This document shows positions 12,845 through 26,072 of a stretch of 64,000 nt of DNA, piece by piece. The stretch is from Octopus sinensis (lineage: Eukaryota). The stretch is from the NCBI RefSeq assembly GCF_006345805.1, contig NC_042998.1:193192001-193256000 (forward strand), in the 5' to 3' direction. Numbering within the stretch: the first letter of the stretch is position 1; each line of letters starts with the position of its first letter. The notes under the pieces were generated by a model that saw only the letters and a list, made by a program, of their open reading frames with translations, was not told the DNA's origin and ran no database searches. Both the position numbers and the translations under genes were made by a program.

Positions 12845-13376
12845 ATGTCAGGTCACTTTCGAGTGCTACTGGTAACATGTAACCCAGTACTACCTGTTGT
12901 ATGGTCGGGTTGTCGGCGACTAAACCGGCAACCCCACCAAGCTCGCTTGGTGAGGAGGGTGTTTATTGGTCACCCTGCGGGATGAAGAACAAAACCCGTC
13001 AAAGGGCGGAGGAACTCTTGAGAGTCAACGGCCATCCAATAAATGTCTTAAAGCTGTATCATGCGCGGTGACAGAAATAATCGGATTGAATACCCGATCG
13101 CGCAGTTAAACCATTGGGAGTGAAGGACTCCTAGCCTTTGTTAGGGCATCCTTCTAGGAGAAGGCAACTCAGGTAACTGGGATAACTCCGACATAAAACC
13201 TACGGCTCAGTGGTTACCGATGATGTTGACTTGTTCTTCTTTTCGGATTATGTCTGCTGTTGCTTAGTGAGTGGGATTGACTCAGTGCACAGCCTTTCCT
13301 CACTTAAAAAAATATCTTCTTGCACAGTCATTGCACGATAACAATGGCCATACTCGATAACGAGGGGGCAGCCACC
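12845..13376 (+). mobile_element. Non-autonomous, non-coding retroposon with an RTE-type 3' tail
   Basis: A second copy at 28250-28930 starts at the same base (atgtcaggtcac). The last 35 nt match the 3' UTR of the LINE end at 2076-2110 at 30/35 positions. Confidence 0.7.
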
Positions 13377-13391
13377 ATATATATATATATA

Positions 13392-13788
13392 CAAGCAAAA
13401 TTCCCCCACCGTCCAATGGACGGGGCTGAGTTGTCAAACATGTAAACCAAATTTTCTCAAAACAACTTGTCCGACCGTCCCATAGGCCTCCCCTTTGAGA
13501 AACACTGATTTAACCTAAATTTGAGACATCAGCAAAAAGAAAAAAAAAAAGAAATAAAGATAGACTTTTTTCTATTTCAAGAAAAACGATTTTACAAATG
13601 CACGTTTCACGGCTTTATCGATCGCATTCTCATCTGGAATCGATTTTTGTAATTTTGTTCAAAACTTATACACGCCCTGATACCGTTGGTATCTACATAT
13701 CAAATTTGAGCGCAATTGGATGGAGGATGCCCAAGATTCTAGAAGACACACACACAGACAGACAGAACGGATTTTATATAATAGAAGA
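13392..13788 (-). mobile_element. Non-autonomous Helitron-like element
   Basis: Minus strand begins A|TCTTCTATTATATAAAA followed by (CTGT)n, and ends with GC hairpin ccgtcc-att-ggacgg ~17 nt before CTTG|T (non-canonical; CTAG expected). Confidence 0.5.
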
Positions 13789-14109
13789 TATATATATATA
13801 TATATATATAATGTGTAGGTAAAGTATGCTCGCACGGTTAATGTGGTTTCTGGTTCGACTCTACAGCAAGACATTTTGGACCAATGTAATTTTCTATAAC
13901 TCGAAATCGATCCATTTCTTGTGAAGTAAACTGCATTGAAGCTCGTCGAGCGGATGGATCTATGATTGACGTGGTGTAATCTTGTCACACGATGTGTCAT
14001 ACTCATTCTCCCAGCGGATTACTTTTCTGAGGAATACCAAGCCACGTTAATTCATGAGCAGGTAATTCAGTTAGTCGAACAACCAAATCTTCATCATCGG
14101 AAAATGAAG

Positions 14110-14120
14110 ATAACATCATC

Positions 14121-14151
<31 letters not shown>

Positions 14152-14210
14152 TCACAAACACACACACTCACACACTCACACACATACTCACACACACACA
14201 TACACACACG

Positions 14211-14248
<38 letters not shown>

Positions 14249-14635
14249 ATCTGGCTTAGTTTCTCTGGTTAAATGGTCGTGCTAGTTATTCATACAACCT
14301 TTCATAAATACTCTAAGCTACGCTCTCTCTCTCTCTCTATCTATCTATCTATTTCTCTTTCTCTCTGTCTCCCCTTTCTTTCTTTGTCTCTCCCTCTCTC
14401 TCTCTGTCTCCTCTCTCTCTCTCTCTTTGTCTCGCTCTACCTTCTCTCTCTCTCTCTGTCTCCCTTCTCTCTCTTTGTCTTGCTCTATCTTCTCTCTCTC
14501 TCTCTTTGTCTCGCTCTATCTTCTCTCTCTCTTTCTCTATCTCTCTCTCTGTCTCTCCCCCTCTCTCTCTTTTTCATTCTGTCTCCCCTCTCTCTCTCTT
14601 TGTCTCGCTCTCTCTTCTCTCTCTCTTCTCTCTCG
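14110..14635. repeat. (CA)n then (CT)n-rich low-complexity tract
   Basis: Directly visible. Confidence 0.95.
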
Positions 14636-15010
14636 AAATTACGTGGATGTATGTGTCCTGATGACCTAGTCTGACCACAGTTTGGAAACTTAAACGATAT
14701 AAACAGAGTTATGTACCTTAATAAACGTTATTAGTGAATCAATGTTAATTTCTATCGTTTACTTCAACTGTTATGCTTCATGCAACATTACAATGTTTTT
14801 GTAGGGAAACTTTTTTAATTATTCATTTTTGTATTCACCAAGTCTTCCTGTTACTAGCCACAACTGTCAATAATTCAAGTTTACAGCATTATTGATTTGT
14901 AACAAAGCCATTCAATGTTGGTGTTTATACTGACTGAATTGGTCATTGCGAAGAATCACTGAAGCGTCAATAAATACTTAACGGTATTTGTACCGGTATT
15001 GTACCGGTTT

Positions 15011-15683
15011 AAGGCGGCGAGCTGGCAGAAACGTTAGCGCGCCGGGTGAAATGCTTTGCGGTATTTCGTCCGCCGCTGCGTTCTGAGTTCAAATTCCGCT
15101 GAGGTCAACTTTGCCTTTCATCCTTTCGGTGTCGATAAATTAAGTACCAGTTACGCACTGGGGTCGATATAATCGACTTAATCCGTTTGTCTGTCCTTGT
15201 TTGTCCTCTCTGTGTTTAGCCCCTTGTGGGTAGTAAAGAAATAGAAATAGGTATTTCGTCTGCCATTACGTTCTGAGTTCAAATTCCGCCGAGGTCGACT
15301 TTGCCTTTCATCCTTTCGGGGTCGATAAATTAAGTACCAGTTACGCACTGGGGTCGATGTAATCGACTTAATCCGTTTGTCTGCCCTTGTTTGTCCTCTC
15401 TGTGTTTAGCCCCTTGTGGGTAGTAAGGAAATAGGTATTTGTACCGGTTTAAGGCGGCGAGCTGGCAGAAACGTTAGTACGCCGGGCGAAATGCTTCGCA
15501 GTATTTCGTCTGCGGTTACGTTCTGAGTTCAAATTCCGCCGAGGTCAACTTTGCTTTCATCCTTTAGGGGTCGATAAATTAAGTACCAATTACGCACTGG
15601 AGTCGATGTAATCGATTTAATCCGTTTGTCTGTCCTTGTTTGTCCCCTCTATGTTTAGCCCCTTGTTGGTAGTAAGGAAATAT
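15011..15683 (+). mobile_element. Tandem cluster of tRNA-derived SINE family A (full + headless + full copy)
   Basis: Head aaggcggcgagctggcagaaacgttag at 15011 and 15451, B box gagttcaaattcc, central gaggtcgactttgcctttcatcctttcggggtcgataaattaagtaccag three times. gtatttgtaccggt recurs at 14984, 15435 and 15684. Confidence 0.9.
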
Positions 15684-16035
15684 GTATTTGTACCGGTAAA
15701 CCCCGTAAATTACAACTTTGCATTTCGTTTTCATCGTTCTGAGGTCGATAAATATGCAAATACTATGGTTGATTCTTTCTCCCCACCCCTCTCTTTCACA
15801 CACACAGAATTGACCTCTGTGATGGACCTGGAAGCGTACTTTAACACATGAACCTATTTTGTATTACTCTGCAACAATTCTGTTACTAATATTCCAGACA
15901 GTATATTTCTATTAAAGCGCCTGTCCTGTACTACGATCTGTTAATTGTATCGACTGTTTCCACTTTTAGTAGATGTTGCTGATTAGCACCAAATTAGGTC
16001 TCGATTCCACAAATATACGATTGACACATTTCCAA

Positions 16036-16146
16036 CCATCTTTTACTTTCACCTGATATCTCTTACTTTCTCTTACAACCATCTCTTACTTTCACCTGAT
16101 ATCTCTTACTTTCTCTTACAACCATCTCTTACTTTCACCTGATATC
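16036..16146. repeat. 43-bp minisatellite, ~2.5 copies
   Basis: Unit atctcttactttcacctgatatctcttactttctcttacaacc. Confidence 0.85.
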
Positions 16147-16395
16147 AGCGTATCTAGATGTACATTAGAAAGATGGTAACATGTGTGATACGTGGGAGAT
16201 TTAATTCCAACAAATTGAAAAACCACATATAGCATCCCTTGTCGACTCACTAGAAACCGTAATCGTTAATTTTAATTTTTCGGTTTAACATTTGATACCA
16301 GTTAAATATGTAGGTCATGGAATAGTTTAAATCTGCTGAGTTTAAAATGGCTAATATAATATTTAACTCTACTTGTTTTGTTCTTTTATAGAAAG

Positions 16396-19300
16396 TTTAT
16401 GGCTGCTTTTGATGTTATCGTTCAGTCTCTGGTCAGCGCTGAGTTATAACTGAAGGCGTTCCAACCATGACCACCATCACCTTTTCTCCAGACACAGTTT
16501 ATTGCTGCTTTTGATATTATCGTTCAGTCCCTGGTCAGCGCTGAGTTATAACTGAAGGCGTTCCAACCATGACAACCATCACCTTTTCTCCAGACACTGT
16601 TTATTGCTGCTTTTGATATTATTGTTCAGTCCCTGGTCAGCGCTAAGTTATAACTGAAGGCGTTCCAACCATGACCACCATCACCTTTTCTTCAGACACT
16701 GTTTATTGCTGCTTTTGATATTATTGTTCAGGCCCTGGTCAGCGCTGAGTTATAACTGAAGGCGTTCCAACCATGACCACCATCACCTTTTCTCCAGACA
16801 CTGTTTATTGCTGCTTTTGATATTATTGTTCAGTCCCTGGTCAGCACTGAGTTATAACTGAAGGCGTTCCAACCATGACTACCATCACCTTTTCTCCAGA
16901 CACTGTTTATTGCTGCTTTTGATATTATTGTTCAGTCCCTGGTCAGCACTGAGTTATAACTGAAGGCGTTCCAACCATGACCACCATCACCTTTTCTCCA
17001 GACACTGTTTATTGCTTCTTTTGATATTATTGTTCAGTCCCTGGTCAGCACTGAGTTATAACTGAAGGCGTTCCAACCATGACCACCATCACCTTTTCTC
17101 CAGACACTGTTTATTGCTGCTTTTGATATTATTGTTCAGTCCCTGGTCAGCACTGAGTTATAACTGAAGGCGTTCCAACCATGACCACCATCACCTTTTC
17201 TCTCCAGACACTGTTTATTGCTGCTTTTGATATTATTGTTCAGTCCCTGGTCAGCACTGAGTTATAACTGAAGGCGTTCCAACCATGACCACCATCACCT
17301 TTTCTCCAGACACTGTTTATTGCTTCTTTTGATATTATTGTTCAGTCCCTGGCCAGCACTGAGTTATAACTGAAGGCGTTCCAACCATGACCACCATCAC
17401 CTTTTCTCCAGACACAGTTTATTGCTGCTTTTTTGATATTATTGTTCAGTCCCTGGTCAGCACTGAGTTATAACTGAAGGCGTTCCAACCATGACCACCA
17501 TCACCTTTTCTCCAGACACTGTTATTGCTGCTTTTGATATTATTGTTCAGTCCCTGGTCAGCACTGAGTTATAACTGAAGGCGTTCCAACCATGACCACC
17601 ATCACCTTTTCTCCAGACACTGTTTATTGCTGCTTTTGATATTATTGTTCAGTCCCTGGTCAGCACTGAGTTATAACTGAAGGCGTTCCAACCATGACCG
17701 CCATCACCTTTTCTCCAGACACTGTTTATTGCTGCTTTTGATATTATTGTTCAGTCCCTGGTCAGCACTGAGTTATAACTGAAGGCGTTCCAACCATGAC
17801 CACCATCACCTTTTCTCTCCAGACACTGTTTATTGCTGCTTTTGATATTATTGTTCAGTCCCTGGTCAGCACTGAGTTATAACTGAAGGCGTTCCAACCA
17901 TGACCACCATCACCTTTTCTCCAGACACTGTTTATTGCTGCTTTTGATATTATTGTTCAGTCCCTGGTCAGCACTGAGTTATAACTGAAGGCGTTCCAAC
18001 CATGACCACCATCACCTTTTCTCCAGACACTGTTTATTGCTGCTTTTGATATTATTGTTCAGTCCCTGGTCAGCACTGAGTTATAACTGAAGGCGTTCCA
18101 ACCATGACCACCATCACCTTTTCTCCAGACACTGTTTATTGCTGCTTTTGATATTATTGTTCAGTCCCTGGTCAGCGCTGAGTTATAACTGAAGGCGTTC
18201 CAACCATGACCACCATCACCTTTTCTCCAGACACTGTTTATTGCTGCTTTTGATATTATTGTTCAATCCCTGGTCAGCACTGAGTTATAACTGAAGGCGT
18301 TCCAACCATGACCACCATCACCTTTTCTCCAGACACTGTTTTTGCTGCTTTTGATATTATTGTTCAGTCCCTGGTCAGCACTGAGTTATAACTGAAGGCG
18401 TTCCAACCATGACCACCATCATCACCTTTTCTCCAGACACTGTTTATTGCTGCTTTTGAAATTATTGTTCAGTCCCTGGTCAGCGCTGAGTTATAACTGA
18501 AGGCGTTCCAACCATGACCACCATCACCTTTTCTCCAGACACTGTTTTTGCTGCTTTTGATATTATTGTTCAGTCCCTGGTCAGCACTGAGTTATAACTG
18601 AAGGCGTTCCAACCATGACCACCATCACCTTTTCTCCAGACACTGTTTATTGCTGCTTTTGATATTATTGTTCAGTCCCTGGTCAGCACTGAGTTATAAC
18701 TGAAGGCGTTCCAACCATGACCACCATCACCTTTTCTCCAGACACTGTTTATTGCTTCTTTTGATATTATTGTTCAGTCCCTGGTCAGCACTGAGTTATA
18801 ACTGAAGGCGTTCCAACCATGACCACCATCACCTTTTCTCCAGACACTGTTTATTGCTGCTTTTGATATTATTGTTCAGTCCCTGGTCAGCACTGAGTTA
18901 TAACTGAAGGCGTTCCAACCATGACCACCATCACCTTTTCTCTCCAGACACTGTTTATTGCTTCTTTTGATATTATTGTTCAGTCCCTGGTCAGCACTGA
19001 GTTATAACTGAAGGCGTTCCAACCATGACCACCATCACCTTTTCTCCAGACACTGTTTATTGCTGCTTTTGATATTATTGTTCAGTCCCTGGTCAGCACT
19101 GAGTTATAACTGAAGGCGTTCCAACCATGACCACCATCACCTTTTCTCCAGACACTGTTTATTGCTGCTTTTGATATTATTGTTCAGTCCCTGGTCAGCG
19201 CTGAGTTATAACTGAAGGCGTTCCAACCATGACTACCATCACCTTTTCTCCAGACACTGTTTATTGCTGCTTTTGATATTATTGTTCAGTCCCTGGTCAG

Positions 19301-22300
19301 CGCGAGTTATAACTGAAGGCGTTCCAACCATGACCACCATCACCTTTCCTCCAGACACTGTTTATTGCTGCTTTTGATATTATTGTTCAGCCCCTGGTCA
19401 GCGCTGAGTTATAACTGAAGGCGTTCCAACCATGACCACCATCACCTTTTCTCCAGACACTGTTTATTGCTGCTTTTGATATTATTGTTCAGTCCCTGGT
19501 CAGCACTGAGTTATAACTGAAGGCGTTCCAACCATGACCACCATCACCTTTTCTCCAGACACTGTTTATTGCTTCTTTTGATATTATTGTTCAGTCCTGG
19601 TCAGCACTGAGTTATAACTGAAGGCGTTCCAACCATGACCACCATCACCTTTTCTCCAGACACTGTTTATTGCTGCTTTTGATATTATTGTTCAGTCCCT
19701 GGTCAGCACTGAGTTATAACTGAAGGCGTTCCAACCATGACCACCATCACCTTTTCTCCAGACACTGTTTATTGCTGCTTTTGATATTATTGTTCAGTCC
19801 CTGGTCAGCACTGAGTTATAACTGAAGGCGTTCCAACCATGACCACCATCACCTTTTCTCCAGACACTGTTTATTGCTGCTTTTGATATTATTGTTCAGT
19901 CCCTGGTCAGAGCTGAGTTATAACTGAAGGCGTTCCAACCATGACCACCATCACCTTTTCTCCAGACACTGTTTATTGCTGCTTTTGATATTATTGTTCA
20001 GTCCCTGGTCAGCGCTCACTGAGTTATAACTGAAGGCGTTCCAACCATGACCACCATCACCTTTTCTCCAGACACTGTTTATTGCTGCTTTTGATATTAT
20101 TGTTCAGTCCCTGGTCAGCGCTGAGTTATAACTGAAGGCGTTCCAACCATGACCACCATCACCTTTTCTCCAGACACTGCTTATTGCTGCTTTTGATATT
20201 ATTGTTCAGTCCCTGGTCAGCACTGAGTTATAACTGAAGGCGTTCCAACCATGACCACCATCACCTTTTCTCCAGACACTGTTTATTGCTTCTTTTGATA
20301 TTATTGTTCAGTCCCTGGTCAGCACTGAGTTATAACTGAAGGCGTTCCAACCATGACCACCATCACCTTTTCTCCAGACACTGTTATTGCTGCTTTTGAT
20401 ATTATTGTTCAGTCCCTGGTCAGCACTGAGTTATAACTGAAGGCGATCCAACCATGACCACCATCACCTTTTCTCCAGACACTGTTTATTGCTGCTTTTG
20501 ATATTATTGTTCAGTCCCTGGTCAGCACTGAGTTATAACTGAAGGCGTTCCAACCATGACCACCATCACCTTTTCTCCAGACACTGTTTATTGCTGCTTT
20601 TGATATTATTGTTCAGTCCCTGGTCAGCACTGAGTTATAACTGAAGGCGTTCCAACCATGACCACCATCACCTTTTCTCCAGACACTGTTTATTGCTGCT
20701 TTTGATATTATTGTTCAGTCCCTGGTCAGCACTGAGTTATAACTGAAGGCGTTCCAACCATGACCACCATCACCTTTTCTCCAGACACTGTTTATTGCTG
20801 CTTTTGATATTGTTGTTCAGTCCCTGGTCAGCGCTGAGTTATAACTGAAGGCGTTCCAACCATGACCACCATCACCTTTTCTCCAGACACTGTTTATTGC
20901 TTCTTTTGATATTATTGTTCAGTCCCTGGTCAGCACTGAGTTATAACTGAAGGCGTTCCAACCATGACCACCATCACCTTTTCTCCAGACACTGTTTATT
21001 GCTGCTTTTGATATTATTGTTCAGTCCCTGGTCAGCGCTGAGTTATAACTGAAGGCGTTCCAACCATGACCCCATCACCTTTTCTCCAGACACTGTTTAT
21101 TGCTGCTTTTGATATTATTGTTCAGTCCCTGGTCAGCACTGAGTTATAACTGAAGGCGTTCCAACCATGACCACCATCACTTTTCTCCAGACACTGTTTA
21201 TTGCTTCTTTTGATATTATTGTTCAGTCCCTGGTCAGCACTGAGTTATAACTGAAGGCGTTCCAACCATGACCACCATCACTTTTCTCCAGACACTGTTT
21301 ATTGCTGCTTTTGATATTATTGTTCAGTCCCTGGTCAGCACTGAGTTATAACTGAAGGCGTTCCAACCATGACCACTATCACCTTTTCTCCAGACACTGT
21401 TATTGCTGCTTTTGATATTATTGTTCAGTCCCTGGTCAGCACTGAGTTATAACTGAAGGCGTTCCAACCATGACCACCATCACCTTTTCTCCAGACACTG
21501 TTTATTGCTGCTTTTGATATTATTGTTCAGTCCCTGGTCAGCGCTGAGTTATAACTGAAGGCGTTCCAACCATGACCACCATCACCTTTTCTCCAGACAC
21601 TCTTTATTGCTGCTTTTGATATTATTGTTCAGTCCCTGGTCAGCACTGAGTTATAACTGAAGGCGTTCCAACCATGACCACCATCACCTTTTCTCCAGAC
21701 ATGTTTATTGCTGCTTTTGATATTATTGTTCAGTCCCTGGTCAGCGCTGAGTTATAACTGAAGGCGTTCAACCATGACCACCATCACCTTTTCTCCAGAC
21801 ATGTTTATTGCTGCTTTTGATATTATTGTTCAGTCCCTGGTCAGCGCTGAGTTATAACTGAAGGCGTTCCAACCATGACCACCATCACCTTTTCTCCAGA
21901 CACTGTTTATTGCTGCTTTTGATATTATTGTTCAGTCCCTGGTCAGCGCTGAGTTATAACTGAAGGCGTTCCAACCATGACCACCATCACCTTTTCTCCA
22001 GACACTGTTTATTGCTGCTTTTGATATTATTGTTCAGTCCCTGGTCAGCGCTGAGTTATAACTGAAGGCGTTCCAACCATGACCACCATCACCTTTTCTC
22101 CAGACACTGTTTATTGCTGCTTTTGATATTGTTGTTCAGTCCCTGGTCAGCGCTGAGTTATAACTGAAGGCGTTCCAACCATGACCACCATCACCTTTTC
22201 TCCAGACACTGTTTATTGCTTCTTTTGATATTATTGTTCAGTCCCTGGTCAGCACTGAGTTATAACTGAAGGCGTTCCAACCATGACCACCATCACCTTT

Positions 22301-22615
22301 TCTCCAGACACTGTTTATTGCTGCTTTTGATATTATTGTTCAGTCCCTGGTCAGCGCTGAGTTATAACTGAAGGCGTTCCAACCATGACCACCATCACCT
22401 TTCCTCCAGACACTGTTTATTGCTGCTCTTGATATTATTGTTCAGTCCCTGGTCAGCGCTGAGTTATAACTGAAGGCGTTCCAACCATGACCACCATCAC
22501 CTTTTCTCCAGACACTGTTTATTGCTGCTTTTGATATTATTGTTCAGTCCCTGGTCAGCGCTGAGTTATAACTGAAGGCGTTCCAACCATGTCAACCATC
22601 ACCCTTTCTCCGGAC
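16396..22615. repeat. Satellite array, 102-bp unit, about 60 highly homogeneous copies
   Basis: Unit ctgtttattgctgcttttgatattattgttcagtccctggtcagc(a/g)ctgagttataactgaaggcgttccaaccatgaccaccatcaccttttctccagaca, period measured 16801 to 16903. All six frames contain stops. Edge units are more diverged. Confidence 0.97.
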
Positions 22616-23549
22616 AGTGAGTATTCTAGGATTACATTAATACAGTGAATCCCTCCCATTTCATAACGTGTGATGTAATACGATGGATATTTGATGGTTG
22701 TTTCTCGCAGAACGAGTAACCACATAGACGCACCTCCATTCGTACTGCAGAACTTTTCTCCACCCCGCCACAAATATCAATTCGAATAAATAACATTCCT
22801 GTAACAAACACAGAAATGAGAACAATTTTTTTTCTTTAGTTATTTCATATCAAATAAAATGCACCTCGCTTCTCAAAATGCTCACCTGTAAATGAATAAG
22901 CCAAGTTTGAATGATAGAATGAAAATAAAACTTCAGGTCAGTAGCGTGTGTGTATGTGTGTATGTATATATGTGAGTATTATATATAAGTGTGTATTCAT
23001 GCGTGTGTATATACATATATACTTATGCGTGAGTATACAAAAATATACATACATGGATACACCTATAAAAACATGTCTACATACACACACATGTGCGTGT
23101 GAAATGGCGTTCAATTCCGTTGTGTGTATAATATATTATGGGTGTATACGACCGATTATAAAGTGAGGTCTTTCATCACATTATTACATGAATAAATCTA
23201 TTGGCGCTAAGAACAAAGATATTGATTTATTTGTAAATTAATATTTCATAACATGCATTAATCATGTTTCCTCTATGTATTTTAACGTACTTGTGTACGT
23301 GTATATAACAACGCTGTGTTTGGGTGTGTGTGTGAGCGTGAGAGAGAGAGAGGGAGAGAGAGAGAACAGAGAGAGAGAGAGAGAACAGAGAGAGAGAGAG
23401 AGAGAACAGAGAGAAAGAAGAAATGAAACGGAATGGAAGAATGAGACAAAGATATATATATATATATATAATAAATATTAGGGAATAAATCCAAATTTAC
23501 AGGGAAAAAATCAGATTTAGGATTAAATCCAATTTTATAGTAAAATATT

Positions 23550-23724
23550 ATATAATATTATTAGAGACAAAACCACTATTTTGCAAAACAAACAAGGAAA
23601 GGCTTAATCAATACATAAAATTTTAATAATTGTAGTGGCGGTTTTTTTTGACTTTTTATTAAAATTTTATGTATTGATTAAGCCTTTCCTTGTTTGTTTT
23701 GCAAAATAGTGGGTTTGTCTCTAA

Positions 23725-23735
<11 letters not shown>
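23550..23735. repeat. Foldback palindrome: 80-bp arms, 26-nt loop
   Basis: 23550-23629 is the reverse complement of 23656-23735 with one mismatch. Confidence 0.9.
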
Positions 23736-23765
<30 letters not shown>

Positions 23766-24564
23766 ATATAGTGAAAGAGAGAGAAAGATTATGCATAGAT
23801 ATATATTAACATATATCATTTGCATATACCTATACATACTGTATATACCTAAACACTTATATATATATATATATATATATGTGTGTGAGTGTGTGTGTGT
23901 GTACACATTGTGTAAACATATATATCCATATTATTATTAATAATATTGTTAATATTGAGCAATATTGTTACAGTGTAAATGAAAAAAATGTTTCAATAAG
24001 AAGTTGTTTCATGAACATATTGCAAAATTATTCTACTTGCTAATTTTCGAACTCGGAATGCTAAATAAGCAATTAGTTACATGAAAGAAGTAGTCCGGCG
24101 CTCTACTGTTATATCTAACTCTTCTGAAAATGTTCAGTATCGATTTCTTATATTGACACAGTGCAGATGTTTTATAGATATATATAGAGAGAGGATTGAA
24201 AACCGTCACATAGTACTTATTTTGCAGCTGTTGTTAAAGCTGGACGGATGAAAGGCAAAACCAACACCGGTTGCTTTTGGATTACTCAACATAAAGTGAA
24301 CTTACAACCCCGAACTTAAATACTTTGTGGTATCTAGCTACGGCTACTTAAGTTCTGAATTCAATTCCTGTCGAACTTCGTTGAGGTCAACTCTGCCGTT
24401 CGTGTACCAAGTGTTGATAAAGTACGAATCAAGTTTTGAGGCTGATTTAATCGATTAACCGTTCTCTGGAACTTGTGATCACGTATCTATGTTAGAAATT
24501 TAAGACAGTGGATTAGCATAATCTTTAGAACCTTAGACATAATGCATTGCGCTATTTCTTCTGA

Positions 24565-25393
24565 TTGTTTGTTGTTTGTTCCTTCTTGAACCATGCCTGA
24601 CTCATAAGGGCCGGTTTCCCGATTTCCTTGGCGTATAGGTTCCCCACCTGGACGGGACGCTAGTCCCTCGCAGGTGAGCTGCAAGATGCAGGAGGAAAGA
24701 GTGAGAGAAAGTTGTGGCGAAAGAGTCGGCAGAAGTTCGCCATCACCTTCTGCCGGAGCCGCGTGGAGCTTAGGTGTTTCGCTTATAAACACACACATCG
24801 CCCGGTCTGAGATTCGAACCCCCGATTCCTTGACTGCGAGTTCGCTGCTCTAACCACTAGGCCATGCACCCCCACAAAAAACAGGAAGAGAGAGTGAGAA
24901 AAATTTGTGGCGAAAGAGTACAAGAGGGGTCGCTACCACCCACTGCCGGAGCTTCGTGGAGCTTTTAGGTGTTTTCGCTCAATAAACACATACAACGCCC
25001 GGTCTAGGAATCGAAACCACGATCCACCAACCGCGAGTCCGCTGCCCTAACCACTGGGCCATTGCGCCTCCACTTCTGGTTGTTTACATGCATTGTACTT
25101 GGAAGTCAGCTACTGTTGCCTTATTAGTTGTGTTAAAATAAAAATAATAAATGCGCCCTTTTTAAAGCCTAGCCAGGCTCATGGGCCCGATTTCCCGGTT
25201 TCAATGGCGTATGTGTTCCCCAGCTGAACGAGACGCCAGTCCATCGCAGCGTTACTCATTTTTGCCAGCTGAGTGGACTGGAGCAACGTGAAATGAAGTG
25301 TTTTTCTCAAGAACACAACACGTCGCCCGGTCCAGGAATCTAAACCACAATCTTACGATCATGATGCTGACACCCTAACCACAAAGCCACGCG
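24565..25393 (-). mobile_element. Cluster of three tRNA-derived SINE copies (head B + tail T2; head B only; head C + tail T2)
   Basis: Head B (ggcgcaatggcccagtggttagggcagcgg-like) ends at about 24872 and 25073, head C at about 25393. Shared tail cgtcccgtccag...gaaa(t/c)cgggaaa occurs at 24570-24675 and 25168-25250. Confidence 0.8.
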
Positions 25394-25877
25394 TGTTACT
25401 AAAGCATAATTTTTGAAACGTAGAAATATGTATTTCGTATTTTTCATATGGCTAGAAATAATCACATCATTGCTTTTTTCACAGGTGTGTCTCTAAAACG
25501 TATCGTTTGAGTTTAAGCTTATTTATGTAATGTAATCTACCACAATAACCCATAATGACATCAAATAGGTCATTAGTATCGATTAACCAAACACATTTTC
25601 TCGAAAAACAATCGATTATTGGCGTGCACGGTCATGTCAAAAATGCTATATCGCAAAGTGTCATTTCTATTTCCAGAAAAATAATTCTTGGGGACGGAAG
25701 AGTAGAATCCGACAACATCGAGCTGGGAGTATCTATATCAAATTTTCTCACTACTGTTGTTAAACTTGTTAACAGTTTCACCGCTGCTACTCCATCGATG
25801 CTCTATACTGAGAGTTCTTATTTCAAACGCAATTGACGTATTTCCAAACTTTTACAAGCTCACTATTATCCCCCCCC

Positions 25878-26072
25878 CAACATCGCTTGACAACGGATGC
25901 TAGTGTGTTTACGTCCCCGTAACTTAGCGGTTGAGCAAAGGAGACAGATAGAATAAGTAGTAGGCTTACAAAGAATAAGCCTTGGGGTCAATTTGCTCGA
26001 CTAAAGGCGGTGCTCCAGCATGGCCACAGTCAAATGACTGAAACAAGTAAAACAGTTAAAGAGTAAAGAATA
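25878..26072 (+). mobile_element. SINE 3' module E (solo)
   Basis: catcgcttgacaac...aaaggcggtgctccagcatgg...gactgaaacaagtaaaa, also at 43036-43235(-), 43845-44045 and 57800-58000. Confidence 0.85.

Noticed and set aside
13488-13508. hAT-like terminus (CAGTGTTTCTCAAAGGGG on minus)
   Set aside because: No matching second terminus or 8-bp TSD found.
16396-22615. CRISPR-like array or repetitive coding exon (unit length divisible by 3, splice-acceptor-like sequence at 16391)
   Set aside because: There are no unique spacers, so it is a plain tandem repeat; every one of the six frames has at least one stop per unit.
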